Of a stretch of DNA of 64,000 nt, positions 15,201-26,000 are shown in pieces. The notes under the pieces are model-generated. The model was not told the DNA's origin. It worked only from the letters and a program-made list of their open reading frames with translations, and searched no databases. The stretch covers positions 283,279 to 347,278 of the forward strand of contig CAJINV010000007.1 of the NCBI GenBank assembly GCA_905178155.1, written 5' to 3'. The stretch comes from Amoebophrya sp. A120 (Eukaryota; Protista; Dinoflagellata). Every line of letters begins with the position of its first letter. Positions within the stretch are counted from its first letter, which is position 1. Both the position numbers and the translations under genes were made by a program.

Positions 15201-15634
15201 AGTTCTTGTAAAATTCGAGCAGCAGAGGGATCGTTATCTGTTTGTTCCCGCGCGTCAAGTGACAACATCGAAAAGGACCCGGTCAAGACCACGGGTTGCG
15301 TTTCATGATCTCCTCTCCACTGCTGGTAAAAACCACTTTTCATTTTCTCGTCCTCCTCGGAATTTTTCAAAAGCGCTTCTTGAGGTCGTCCTTCTTCGAC
15401 ATCCCCCTCGTTTCCGTTCTGATCGGGAATGATTTGTTCAGCTGGACGACCACGTCCAGCTGACTCTAGCACTACTCCTGCTGCTTCATCTGGTGGCAAC
15501 TGTCGTGCGGCCGGGGTTCTACTTTCATCATAGTCCTCGTCGTCCCCCAGGAGTGGTTTCAGCTGCAAGGAGCTAATACCACGAAGAATTAGTATTTCAT
15601 TCAAAAGGAGGTGGACCAAAGTTGATGCGATCAT
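1..15634 (-). CDS. Multi-exon gene (34 non-canonical introner introns; 3' end beyond window): large protein with N-terminal signal-peptide-like segment and degenerate ankyrin-like repeats
   Basis: Start MIASTLVHLLLNEILILRGISSLQL at 15634. Exons join in frame after removing each element plus one 5-bp repeat. Ankyrin-like motifs: KDLLRRSPLHVAAQASGNQDLLRFHL (~7030-7100), ARDVEGETVFMRA (split by the element at 6330-6665) and SPLGETVLHRAA (~5420-5455). The function call is inference. Confidence 0.75.
270..548. mobile_element. Introner family B, degenerate
   Basis: CATC...CAGGATA; DR ATGTC/ATCTC. Confidence 0.75.
800..1062. mobile_element. Introner family A (TIR TATnnnnTGCAAAAATGTCTGGGTCTGGA)
   Basis: DR TTCCA. 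Confidence 0.9.
1209..1457. mobile_element. Introner family A
   Basis: DR CTCCG. Confidence 0.9.
1685..1963. mobile_element. Introner family B (TIR TATCCTGAGTAAAAACGTACCCACACCAGAGT)
   Basis: DR CAGTG/CAGTC. Confidence 0.9.
2004..2223. mobile_element. Introner family D (TIR TATnnnAGGAAAAAAnTGT)
   Basis: DR TTGCA/CTGTA. Confidence 0.85.
2444..2705. mobile_element. Introner family A
   Basis: DR CAGTG. Confidence 0.9.
2785..3055. mobile_element. Introner family A
   Basis: DR AAAGG. Confidence 0.9.
3213..3428. mobile_element. Introner family E (TIR TATnnnAGTGCACAACTCCCCCTCCCC)
   Basis: DR TGCGA. Confidence 0.9.
3483..3744. mobile_element. Introner family A
   Basis: DR GAGGC. Confidence 0.9.
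4080..4342. mobile_element. Introner family A
   Basis: DR AAAGC/AAAAC. Confidence 0.9.
4532..4854. mobile_element. Introner family C (TIR TATnnnAGGAAAAATCCCCCCTCCCCATATCGAAA)
   Basis: DR CATGC. Confidence 0.9.
4929..5137. mobile_element. Introner family D
   Basis: DR CACCG. Confidence 0.9.
5496..5774. mobile_element. Introner family B
   Basis: DR AGATC; opposite orientation to 1685-1963. Confidence 0.9.
6001..6276. mobile_element. Introner family A
   Basis: DR TTCCG. Confidence 0.9.
6330..6665. mobile_element. Introner family C
   Basis: DR CACGT. Confidence 0.85.
6709..6969. mobile_element. Introner family E
   Basis: DR CGCTC/CCGTC; right end CGTA. Confidence 0.8.
7145..7419. mobile_element. 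Introner family B
   Basis: DR GCCTG/GCCTC. Confidence 0.9.
7494..7803. mobile_element. Introner family C
   Basis: DR TGGCC. Confidence 0.9.
8017..8274. mobile_element. Introner family A
   Basis: DR CATTG. Confidence 0.9.
8395..8656. mobile_element. Introner family A
   Basis: DR CATCC. Confidence 0.9.
8727..9946. mobile_element. Long (1.2 kb) introner family G (TIR TATCACACAGAAAAAAGCTGGCAGGGCA)
   Basis: DR TGCCC; flanking exons MRIRMG|KERDVIF join in frame; GC-rich repetitive interior. Confidence 0.85.
10435..10689. mobile_element. Introner family A
   Basis: DR CGGTG. Confidence 0.9.
10807..11081. mobile_element. Introner family A
   Basis: DR GGAGC. Confidence 0.85.
11444..11754. mobile_element. 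Introner family C
   Basis: DR TGCGA. Confidence 0.9.
11894..12117. mobile_element. Introner family E
   Basis: DR ATTTC. Confidence 0.9.
12154..12305. mobile_element. Introner family F (TIR TATnnnnTGCAAAAGTATCGTACTCGTA)
   Basis: DR CTGCG. Confidence 0.9.
12394..12695. mobile_element. Introner family B, degenerate
   Basis: DR ATGTG/AGGGG; frame restored. Confidence 0.75.
12760..13015. mobile_element. Introner family D, degenerate
   Basis: DR GTCAG/GTCAA. Confidence 0.8.
13051..13319. mobile_element. Introner family A
   Basis: DR ATGGA. Confidence 0.9.
13358..13683. mobile_element. Introner family C
   Basis: DR CCCAG. Confidence 0.9.
13725..14015. mobile_element. Introner family B
   Basis: DR GAAAT. 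Confidence 0.9.
14225..14486. mobile_element. Introner family A
   Basis: DR AGCTC. Confidence 0.9.
14726..15053. mobile_element. Introner family C
   Basis: DR ATCTT. Confidence 0.9.
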
Positions 15635-17440
15635 GCTCTTATTTCTTCTCGGGCAATGAACCAGTGCTGCTGGTGCCCGCTTTACGGATTTTTCGGACCA
15701 CAGCCGCATTCTTTGCTTGAGCTTGTACTTGTAATTGTATAGTGTAAAGTATGCTTATTTCAATTTCACCGAAAAATAATCTGTACACTGGTTCGCTCAG
15801 AGCTAGAAAGCGAAAGCAATCTGTAGAATGTACCACAGGAGTCAGGGTAGAAGAAAACTTTTATGTACTCGGGTTCTAAGGTGCGCAGCACGTAGAAACT
15901 CTTGTTCATTAAAAAGCACAACTACAACCAGCAGTGCCAGGTCAAAAAATGTACTAGACTGGGTCAAAATTGTGTAGTTGTCCTGGCTAGAGGGAGCTAG
16001 GTCCTACGGTGCTGAAGTTTTCATTTTTCACTTCCTTTCGTGTTGAGCGAAGCAGTATATTAATTCGGCCCATAGGAGGCAAAATCAATCTAGGTCGAGG
16101 AGATGAACTTGTACTTGTACTTGTACTTGTACTTGAGTACATTCTTTAGTATTTTGGTGCGGAGAAGATTAACAATAGAACCTTGTTGTCCTGAACTACT
16201 TAGTTCCGATCGGATCTAGAACCGACTTACTTCACGCATTGGTTGTAATATCATTGCGACCGAGAGTTCTTGTGGGGCCAAAGCTACAGCACTGCTTTTC
16301 ATTTGTAGTCGTGCTTCGACGGGCTCGTTTCGATGGTGATCAACCGACGACTTCTAGACAAAAGGGAAGGGGCCCTTGGGAGTGCCAAAAGACAAAGAAG
16401 TTTACTTCTAGTACCGATGCTGACTGGCCGACTTTCTGCGAGCATTTGCCCGTTCTCCAGCTTGTCTGACAACTGGATCTGTAAAGAATATACCGAATCG
16501 CGAGAACAAACCTGCCGATTCTCAAGTACTTTTACCTTGAAAGTTTTCTTGATTTTCGTTTCTCTTGATTTTCGTTTTTCGAATTGCTTTCGTCAAACTC
16601 AAATGTTCTTGGGAAGATGATTTCGTGAAGTTCTTTCAAATTTTACTTACATCCACAATTGATGTTGCTGCTGTGCTCCTTGGTTCATCTGTTTATTCTT
16701 TCGCGCCAAATAAACTACTGGCTTCTCACGCGAGGATGTACGACCTTCGAGGTGGGAGGTTGACTACTTCGTAACATCATCGAAGATCTACTGTATCGAA
16801 CTACTATCAGCCTCCTCGCCTATCCCATCTCTACTGTCGTGGTGCCTCCGCTCGGCCAATAAGATGAAACAGACAGCCTTCTTCTTCTTCCTAGACGTCG
16901 CAGGACTACTTACAATTATTCCGCCCAGGCCATCATTGGTTTGTTCGCAGCAGCGAAATCTACCCGCAATGGTGGAGGCTCCAGAAGTACATGGGTATAG
17001 AACTGGTCAAAAGTCCGCATCGTTGAAAAAACCACGCGAACTAGACGGCCGCCGAGTGAGAGACATAGAGTTGATGTCCACCTCTCTAGATGGTATCGTA
17101 AACCAATGAAAATTGGTGATGCTCGTTGTAGTAGTACCTGCAGTCGTTTTGAAGATTCAGACATTTCATTTCATTTCATTTCTTTGCAGCCATTGAAGAT
17201 GTTGCACCTCGACCGATTGACCTAGAAGATGCTTGATGTTCTATCTGATGCAATAAAATTTCGTACTCTCGTGGCACGACATGGAGCTTGATACAAAAAT
17301 GCAGAAAAGAGATGCTAATACATGATACGTAAAAGTAAGTACCGAGCTGCAACATCTTTTCGCTAGGTCGCCGATAGCAGCAGCGGCAGCAGTGCTGGAG
17401 CTGCACCAGGCGTGTCAACAGTAGTTCTAGCACTACAACT

Positions 17441-17608
17441 TTAGCTGCCCTCCTGCGCCGCTAGCCTGGCGGCCTCGCGGTTTTGCCGCGCCTTCTCACG
17501 GCCCGCCGCTAGCCGTGCGAGGTTGGCCGCCTTCTTTGCGGCTTTCTCCTCCTGCTTCTTCTTCTTAGCCGCAAGCATCTTCTCGATGTGCTCGCGGGAA
17601 ATTGGCAT
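17441..17608 (-). CDS. Small basic Lys/Ala/Arg-rich helical protein, 55 aa (MPISREHIEKMLAAKKKKQEEKAAKKAANLARLAAGREKARQNREAARLAAQEGS)
   Basis: ATG preceded by AAAA. GC-rich, coding-like codon usage contrasts with the AT-rich surroundings. No family recognised. Confidence 0.5.
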   Translation of the reverse strand: MPISREHIEKMLAAKKKKQEEKAAKKAANLARLAAGREKARQNREAARLAAQEGS

Positions 17609-20007
17609 TTTTACTTTTGGTTTTGTGTCAACACAAATCGTCCGCTTCAACAAATGAAATAAATCTAGACTACAGAGTCAATCTAGAACTACTTGTTGCT
17701 ACTTCTTGTTTCCTTTGAAAACGGAGAGAACCTATTAGTTGCTTCTGTACAAGCACTTTTTAAGCTTAATAGAGTAGAGTTGCTACGGCGTTCTTTTGAA
17801 GAAGTAAGTAGTACTAGACCTTACAATTTTCTACACCTGTTGTTCGTTGTTTTCATTTTGGAAATGATCGCAGTTTCAAAAAGCGACTCGAAGTTAGTAG
17901 TTGCTTTCAGTATTTGGATATAATAGAGCAACGGGGGCCTATCACTACATCACTCTTGATATAAATTTTTGGGCCGAAATTGTTGCTTCTCACAGGTTGA
18001 TGACCTGGGCAGGGTGTGGCGATAGATTTGAAGAAAGATGATACCTCGACATTTATTTGCGGTGTAGTGATGATGATGAGACCTTGGGTGCATGCTTTGG
18101 CGAGAATTTCTTGTGGTGTGACAAATATTTGACACGCGGCAGGAACTTTTAGCACATCTTGCCGCGTGTCGTGTGCAAATTAAAAATCTGTAGTGTTCCA
18201 CTCACTTGAAAATCAGCGAAACTGGGAAAAGAACTGTTAAACAACCAGAACCAACTCAGCCGACATAATTGTGCAGGAAAGCTGGTTTCCTCATCGGTCT
18301 ACCAGTTCCAGAGCCTGATGATGATCGGCTTTGGTGCCTCGTGAAGATGATGATCGGTCGTGAGGGAGAAGTTCATCTACCTACAGATAGCTCAACTTAC
18401 ATTATATTACAACCTCGTCTTTATTTTATGTCTTGGTCCTCTCGCTCTCGTATAATAAGTACTTATGCTGCAGGAAGCATTTTCTTGATGGGCGCTTCCT
18501 CGTAGGCTGGAGTAGAGAAAAGATGACTATCAATCTGTGCAGACGATTCATTTCAACACCACAAGGAACACGGAACAAGATACCAAAACCGCTGAGACGA
18601 GGCCTCACCCGAAATGAGGAGCGGCTGCTGCACGAGCAGACCGACCAGCTTCTTTATCAGTACTTGTTCATCTGGGGTTCATTTTCGTACTGCAGTTGCA
18701 GCACGACGGCACAAAAAACTATGCGTGAAGATGTTGTAGTTCTCATCTCTAGTATAATTTCCGATGTTCTTCTTTCCTCTTGGTCCTAAGATAGACTCCT
18801 CTGGTGATCGCAGTTTGTATCGTTCTCGGAAAGGAGTTTTGCCTTGAAGTAGACCAGAGTAAAAACGTCGACCCGCACGAAGTAGTAGATCGATTCTACT
18901 TTGCGCCGCGAAAAATAGAAAAATGACGCCACAAGGGGATACCTTGCAGCGCGATAAAACTTGTCTACTTCTTATTCGTAAACCGAATAAGTAGCCACTC
19001 TGTTATGTAGAATAGTCAGAGGTAAAGAAATTCAATACCGCTGACAATGTTTAGATTGTTTTTCCATCGTGTACCTAAAAATTAGTGGTGCGTAGAAGTT
19101 GTTGTACATAGTGTCAAAGATGAATCATACGATGCTAAAAAGTTCTTGCGGAGGGCCGCCGTTCCGCCGCCTGAAGTTCTTTCCTAAATTGTTTAAAAAA
19201 AGTCCTCTTCAAGTGCTGTGAAGATAAATTGGTCCAATTGGAGGTGAAGGCGATCATGCTGCCAGGAAATAAAATGACTAATACGACATTCGTCGTGCCG
19301 AGATCATGTTGTACTTCTTTGTGGTGTTTCTCTCGATGGCAAGATTAAAATCATCTATCGATGCTGCATTATTTTTCGGCTAATTTATTTCCTGTCCTTC
19401 GCATGATTTATTTCGGCCTTTGTTACTTGCAAAAAGACGGCGAGACCAAAACCTCCAATGGTCGCGTAACATACAACTCGAACAGAACCAGGCGAATTGG
19501 ATTGCCTGCTTCTGCTGTAGTTAATATTACGGTAGTCAAATTGTCAAAACTATTTCTAATACTAGAAGCTAGAAAAACTAGCATTAAATGGTGCGTGCTG
19601 ATGATCATCGGCGTGATAGTGTTTTATTAATGGAAAAGTTAAAGAAGAAACAAGTAAAAAAAAAGAAAATCATACACGAAATCATAATACAATGCGCTTT
19701 CTGAAGAGGTAGTAGACATAGACATACACCGACGTAGTGGGATACTACCCATGTGGTCCACCGTGCCACTTTTCAAAATTCCTCATATGCTATGCAAACT
19801 GTATACTTCCTTGTTGTGGACCCAAAACTCTAGCGGCGACCAGGTTAAAAATTGCTTCTCTTGGCCTGGTGAGTTTTTGTACTATGTGACCTAGAATTTC
19901 TCTCGTAGCAAAACATCAAGTGTACTAAAATAAAACTCCTGGAGCTGGACCTCAACATGCCATCCTCTTCTACTACACTCTCGCTATCAACGCCCCTCCC
20001 GCGCATC

Positions 20008-23000
20008 CTAGGGCGCGGGTTCGATGAAGACGTAGTACATTGCGACCGGCCGGTCTTCCGACCAATTTCTGCGGTGCGAGAGCTGCCCGTAAGAACGTTT
20101 GAGGTCCTCTTCTTTCACCGGCTTCAGGACGTTTCCTTCGTGGTCAAGCTGTACGGAGGTCGCGTTGAAATTATCATCCGGCGGACGGACCGTGCCGCCT
20201 TCGTCCCGCATCAGAAATCTGGTCATGCCACGCAACCTCTTGTCCTTCAGCCCGTTGACCTCGTCCATCGGAAATCCGTATCAGAAGGAAAAATCTCCCC
20301 TCCCCATGATATTGAACATGCATGCTTCCGAAAATTTGCGCTGCGGATTTGAGGTCACAAATCACATTTGTATTGCAAGAAGACAAGGGCAGAAGCTTCC
20401 GCCCCATTGTGGACGCGATTTGTCATGCTGTTGGGCCTAAAGGGGAGCCGTTTGCCATGCTGAACAAGTAGACCCATACGCCCCTACCTACCCTGGTGAC
20501 CTGACCGCAAAGCCTCTCTGCAGTACAAAGCTGACTTGTGTACACAAATCCAGCATCAGAAATTCCGTTTTGATATGGGGAGGGGGAATTTTTCAAGTCC
20601 GTAATCCGAGAAGCGCGTTTAGCACGAGAATCCACTGCGGTGGGTCAAAGCCCTCCCAGACGCGGTTGCGCCCTTTCTGCTGCACATACAGTTTGTCACC
20701 CCAAATACCCACGTACCGGCGATAAGTTTCGGGAAAAACATCACGGTTGCCCTATCCTGAGTAAAAACGTACCCACACCAGAGTCAAGTTGGCAAATCTG
20801 CTAGACAAATCACACAGCTTTGGTCGTTTGGCATGACAAGTTTGTCCTCGTAGTGTAATCCTGTTTCGCTAGCTCAGAAGCATTACAGATCTAGCCTACA
20901 ATACTGATTCTAGCATCACAAATTCCAAAACACGAATAGAAAATGCTTCTCATAGGGCTCCGCATGAGAAACTTTTTTGGCATGCAGAATTGCATGACAA
21001 CTCTGGGGTGGGTACGTTTTTACATAGGATATGGCCCACGGATGCTCCGAGTTAGAAGAAACTTCCACTTTTTCAAAATCGAAATCCGAGGGTGTAACTT
21101 GCACTTTATCCTGTGCAAAAGTATCGTACTCGTAGTAATTGCAAACATGCATTACAAATCTTGCTCCTAAGGTAAATCCGCATTACAAATTTCATTATCT
21201 CATGCTGAGGAAATTTGTAATGCATCTTTTTTTTTTTTTAAATACAAATCACAAAAATAACGCAGCGAAATATCACATAGACAACTTCAGATCGGAAAAA
21301 GAGGTGATCCAGGCTCGTCGTCCTTGTTCTATCGCGGCATCGTATTCGTGGTTCGTAAGTGCCATCTGACCCCTTCGCCTTTCGGCTCCAGACTGCTTGT
21401 CCCTTCTCGTCGCGACATGCTACAGTTGTTCACATGGTCAGCAGGCGGCGAGTCACACCACCGAGTTGTTTCCATCCTCGCTGTGCAAGAGAGTCAACAA
21501 CCGTAGTGATGCAACAACGCAGGTGCTATGTTGCTCTTCCTTTTTTCGGTGGTGATTCTGTACCTGTTCCTAGAGCCCACTGGTCCGCCCCTCACGCCTA
21601 AAAAACTAAGCCTAAAGGTCGGGAAATCTCGAATCACATTTGCGTGAGTTTTGAAGAAGCAACTTTTGGGATCCTGATTTGCCATGACATGCATGGCTGG
21701 GCGCAGCGCGACTCCTGAGACCTTAGAGGGGCTTGACAGTGTGGCAGCGTGACTCCTGAGACCTTAGAGGGGTGAGGCAACATCAACCCTCCTACACAGT
21801 CGAACATGAGTGAGAACTTCAACACCGCAGCAACTCAAGGAAGGGAGCAGAAGCCGGGCGAAGAAATTCACACCCGAACTTTAGGTCTCCTGTTTTGGGT
21901 CCATTTGTAAAGAAATAAAAAGCGACTCGCTGTGGCCTTTTTTAACGTTAGGAGTCACGCCCTAGCGACATCTTTATCTTTGCCCTTGCTTTGCATCCCC
22001 GCCCGAAAAAAAAACGCGAGCTAGTAACAGATAGAGAATGTCGTTGAGTCTGTTGGGGCATCAGGCGTAGTGGACATCTAAGCTGCCTACTCCACTACCC
22101 CATCCTTTGCCCCAACTGTGGAATCTGCTTGGTTTTGTGTGTTGCTTTTTTAGCCAATCGAACAACGAGCGCTAACGCTGTAAAACCGCGATACGCAAAC
22201 AGATATCGAAATCGAGATCCTCTATCCTGCTCAGCTAGCCCTCCCCATACGAACCTCTAGGCGATACGAAAATTTGTAATGCATCTATACGAGTACGATA
22301 CTTTTGCAGTTCATACACCTTTTCAAAATCGAAATCCGAGAGTGTGACGACGTGCTCTGCTGATGAAGATCCACTGCTGTGCCCAGACAACTCTGGCTGC
22401 CTTCGGGTACCAGATTTTTGAGTGATCAGATTGTTTATCAAATGCAAAAGTGTCTGGGTCTGGAAGGATCCGAACTTGTGATGCGAGTTGCGGACCAAAC
22501 AAAGATCTGTCTTGCATGACTAGCAAATAAAGGTTCTGACTTCTGGCCATTCTGAGAGGGTATTTCTGATGCAGAATTATAGGCATCACCAAGGGGCTGT
22601 AGAACCTGTCATGCTAGGCCCCGCATTCCAGACTTGAGGGAGCTTGGAAAAACTGCATGACAAACTTGCACTCTTCCAGACCCAGACATATTTGCAATGC
22701 ATATTGTTCGCAGCGGTGTTATTTTTCATCTGCGGTAGCATTTTCGTGCTAAACTGAAACCAGACGTCTGCCGCGGTTATCAACTGTAAAAGTGTCTGGG
22801 TCTGGAAGAATCCAACTTGTCATGCTGATTTTGGATTCTAAAAAAATCTGTATTGCATGGGCAGCAAATAGAGTCCAAGTCTTGCTACACGGAAAGAGCG
22901 TCTGTCATGCGGTATAGGCATCAGGAAGCCCTCACAAAAGCTGTGATGCTAGGGCATGCATCACTGACATCAGGAGTCATGCAAAATGTGCATGACAAAC

Positions 23001-26000
23001 CTGGCAATCTTCCAGACCCAGACATTTTTACAGTTGATAACGGTCTTCAGGAACTGATTCTTCCCCGACGAGGGCAAATCATCCGGCAGCGTGAGCGGCA
23101 GCCCAGGACTGACCCAGACGGCCGAAACCCGCTGGCCGGCTTGGGCGCGGTACTCGATTTCTCGGCGGTAGTCGGCATCTTGGAGGAGGTCGGACCCCAG
23201 CGGCGCCAGGACTTGCACCACTTTGTACTTGCTGCGGGGCGTGGTGGGGTCCTCGAGGAAGGTCTCTAGCAATTCCAAGTACTCAGCTGGATGTGCGGTG
23301 GAACCGACCAAACGCTCCTTCTATCAAATGCAAATATGTCTGGGTCCTCTGGAAGAGCCATGCTGCTTTTGCATGACACAGGAGGTCTGGCATGGAAGCT
23401 CTAGCATCACAGATTTATTCGAGCAGCTTCCGCAATGCCGAATCCGCATGACAACTTATGGCCCACTTTGGTCGTGACAGAGAGTGGGCTGCAGCTTTTG
23501 CTGCCTATCATGCACGAGAGATTTTGATGCGTCGTGAAATTTCCGCATCACAAGTTTGCATTCTTCCAGACCCAGATCGATATTTGCAATGCGTACCTTC
23601 TCGTTCGCAAACTCTTCCCTCAGCCACACCAGGCGCGGATCGGAGTTAAACGCCTTTTCATCCTTCGTCCTAGCGGCGTTGTTATCTCCGCCCCGGCAAA
23701 AGACGTAGTACAACCCGAGTGCGAGGCCCAGGCACGCCACCAACGCGATAATGCCGACGGCGATCCAGATTGCGCGCGCCTGCTTCTTCCGATCCTCCAG
23801 CATTTTCTCATGCGAGAGGCCGTCGCCGTATTGCATATTACCGGCGCCAAACAACGCAGTTTTCAGGTCGATGGCCATCTGCCGGGTGAAGCCGGTCCCA
23901 GCGGGCTCGGAGAGAAGAACGAAGTCGTCCTCGGAAATGGAGAGGCGGTATGAATGTGCACAACTCTCCCTCCCCCTCGTTTGTCATGCAAAATACCTAA
24001 TTTACCACTTGGCTCTTGGCACTGTTTGCATGACAAGTTCTGGCAGCCCAAATAGCACTACGCTCCTGTCCAAATTTGTCATGCAAAAAGTGTATTATTG
24101 CTGACGCTTGTATTGCTGTTCATGCAATACAAATGAGGGGGAGGGGGAATTGTGCACTTTCATAGGTGCTGCTGAAGATCTTCTAGTTGCGCATCAACTC
24201 GCTGCTCTCCTTGGTAGGGTGTTGATGTTGGTACTACTCCACTTGCAGCAGGATTCTTTTCAACGTTACTTTGCTTGTTTTCATCCACAAACGCCAATCG
24301 TCTGCTCGGTTGACGTTCTGCTTCCAAACTTGATGTCCTTGCAGCTAAAGGCGCAACAGTTTCATCATCTTCGCCCGAAACCGGCGCACTCACTTTCGCC
24401 GCGGAACCGCGAGTGGAAGTAGACTTTGGCAGGAGCGGAGCTCGTTGCTCCTGAAGCTGCTGGTCTTCTTCATTTCGACGCATCGCGCGAGGAAAACCAG
24501 CCCGCTCATCCGCCGGGTCGACTTCTTCATCAAATGTTGTTGCGTTGTCTTTACTAGCTGTTGGCCTCGACCACGTCGGTTGCCGCCCGTTCACATTCTG
24601 ATTGGTATCATCTCTGGTGGACGTCGAAGAAGAAAAAAACCTTTTCCTCTCCTCTTCGAAGCACTGCTCGAGTATCCCAAAGAAAAAAGCTGGCAGGTCA
24701 GATTTGTAATGCAAGAATAAATAGACAAAACGCTCTGTCTTGCATGTCCTAAACAGCATGCTATGGCGTTCCCCATGACAGATTTTTCTGTGTATTTATT
24801 TTTGCATTACAAATCTGCCCTGCCAGCTTTTTTCTGTGTGATATCGAGTTTTCTCCGGAGTCCGCACTTCTTCGCGGGAATCTCTTCGGAAACGAACAAT
24901 AATCGCCCGTTGTTCCGGTCGTGGACCGACTCCACGAGAAGTTTCGCCTATCCTGAGTAAAAACGTCCCCACCCCACTGTTGTCATGCAGATTTGCAATT
25001 GCAGGAAGATTTGTAATGCGCATCTCCATGAGAGAGAGGCATTTCCAGTCACGTTTTGGAATTTGTAATGCTGTAAACAGGATAAGCAGATCGATTTGTA
25101 ATGCGGCTGCACTAGCTAATCTGCACTACACTACGGACTGAACTTTGTCATGTGTGGCTCCCAAAGCTTCTGGTTTTGTATTGCTAAGTAGTTCCCAACT
25201 TGACTATTGGGTAGGGACGTTTTTACATATGATATCGCCACGCGCCGGAGCAACCCCAGGCCGAACCGACACGCGACTTCCCGCTGCGGCTGGCCCTGGC
25301 TGCAGACGGTGGGGACGCCGTAGGACTCGAACACCTTCCCCGCCGTGTGCGTGTAGCAGCCGAGAAGGATGACAAATTTGGGCAGTTTGTCGTCGTCGGA
25401 CAGCTATCCCGTACAAAAGTATCGCACTTGTTGTATTGCAGTCATGCATTACAAGTCTTTTTCTTTAAGGTAAATCCGCATGACAGATTTTATCTCTCAT
25501 GCTAAGGAAATTTGTAATGCATTTACACGAGTACGATACTTTTGCAGTTCATAACAGCTCCTGGAGAAAAGCGTTCAGTTCGGAAAGCGGAATCTCCTCC
25601 TTGCCGAGCTTCAGGTTCTGCTTCACGTGCTTCAAGGCTGAGGGATATCAACTGTAAAAATGTCTGGGTCTGGAAGAATGCAACTTGTCATGCTAAACCT
25701 GAATGATGCAAAAATCTGTGTTGCGTGAGTGCCAAAAGCTGTCCGCTTTTGACCAAGTTGCGAGGGAGTTTCCCATGCAGGAGAGGCATGATAGAGACCT
25801 CAAAGAATCTGTCATGCTGGGTCTCGCATTCCAGACCTCATGGGTCATGGAAAACTTGCATCACAAATCTTGCATTCTTCCAGACCCAGACATTTTTACA
25901 TTTGATAAGGGAGCGGAGGATGATATTTCAACATCTGCAGTTGGCCCCGTTGTACCAGCAGCAGCTCCAGGTAGTTGTAGTAGTTGCTGCGTCTCCTCCT

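Noticed and set aside
1-15634. Genes as transposon-riddled pseudogenes
   Set aside because: Exons carry no stops or frameshifts once the element plus 5 bp is removed, and catalytic motifs in the other genes are intact.
15700-19950. Short ORFs and a (CTTGTA)n microsatellite (~16107-16135) in AT-rich DNA
   Set aside because: No coding signature or motif apart from 17441-17608; treated as intergenic.
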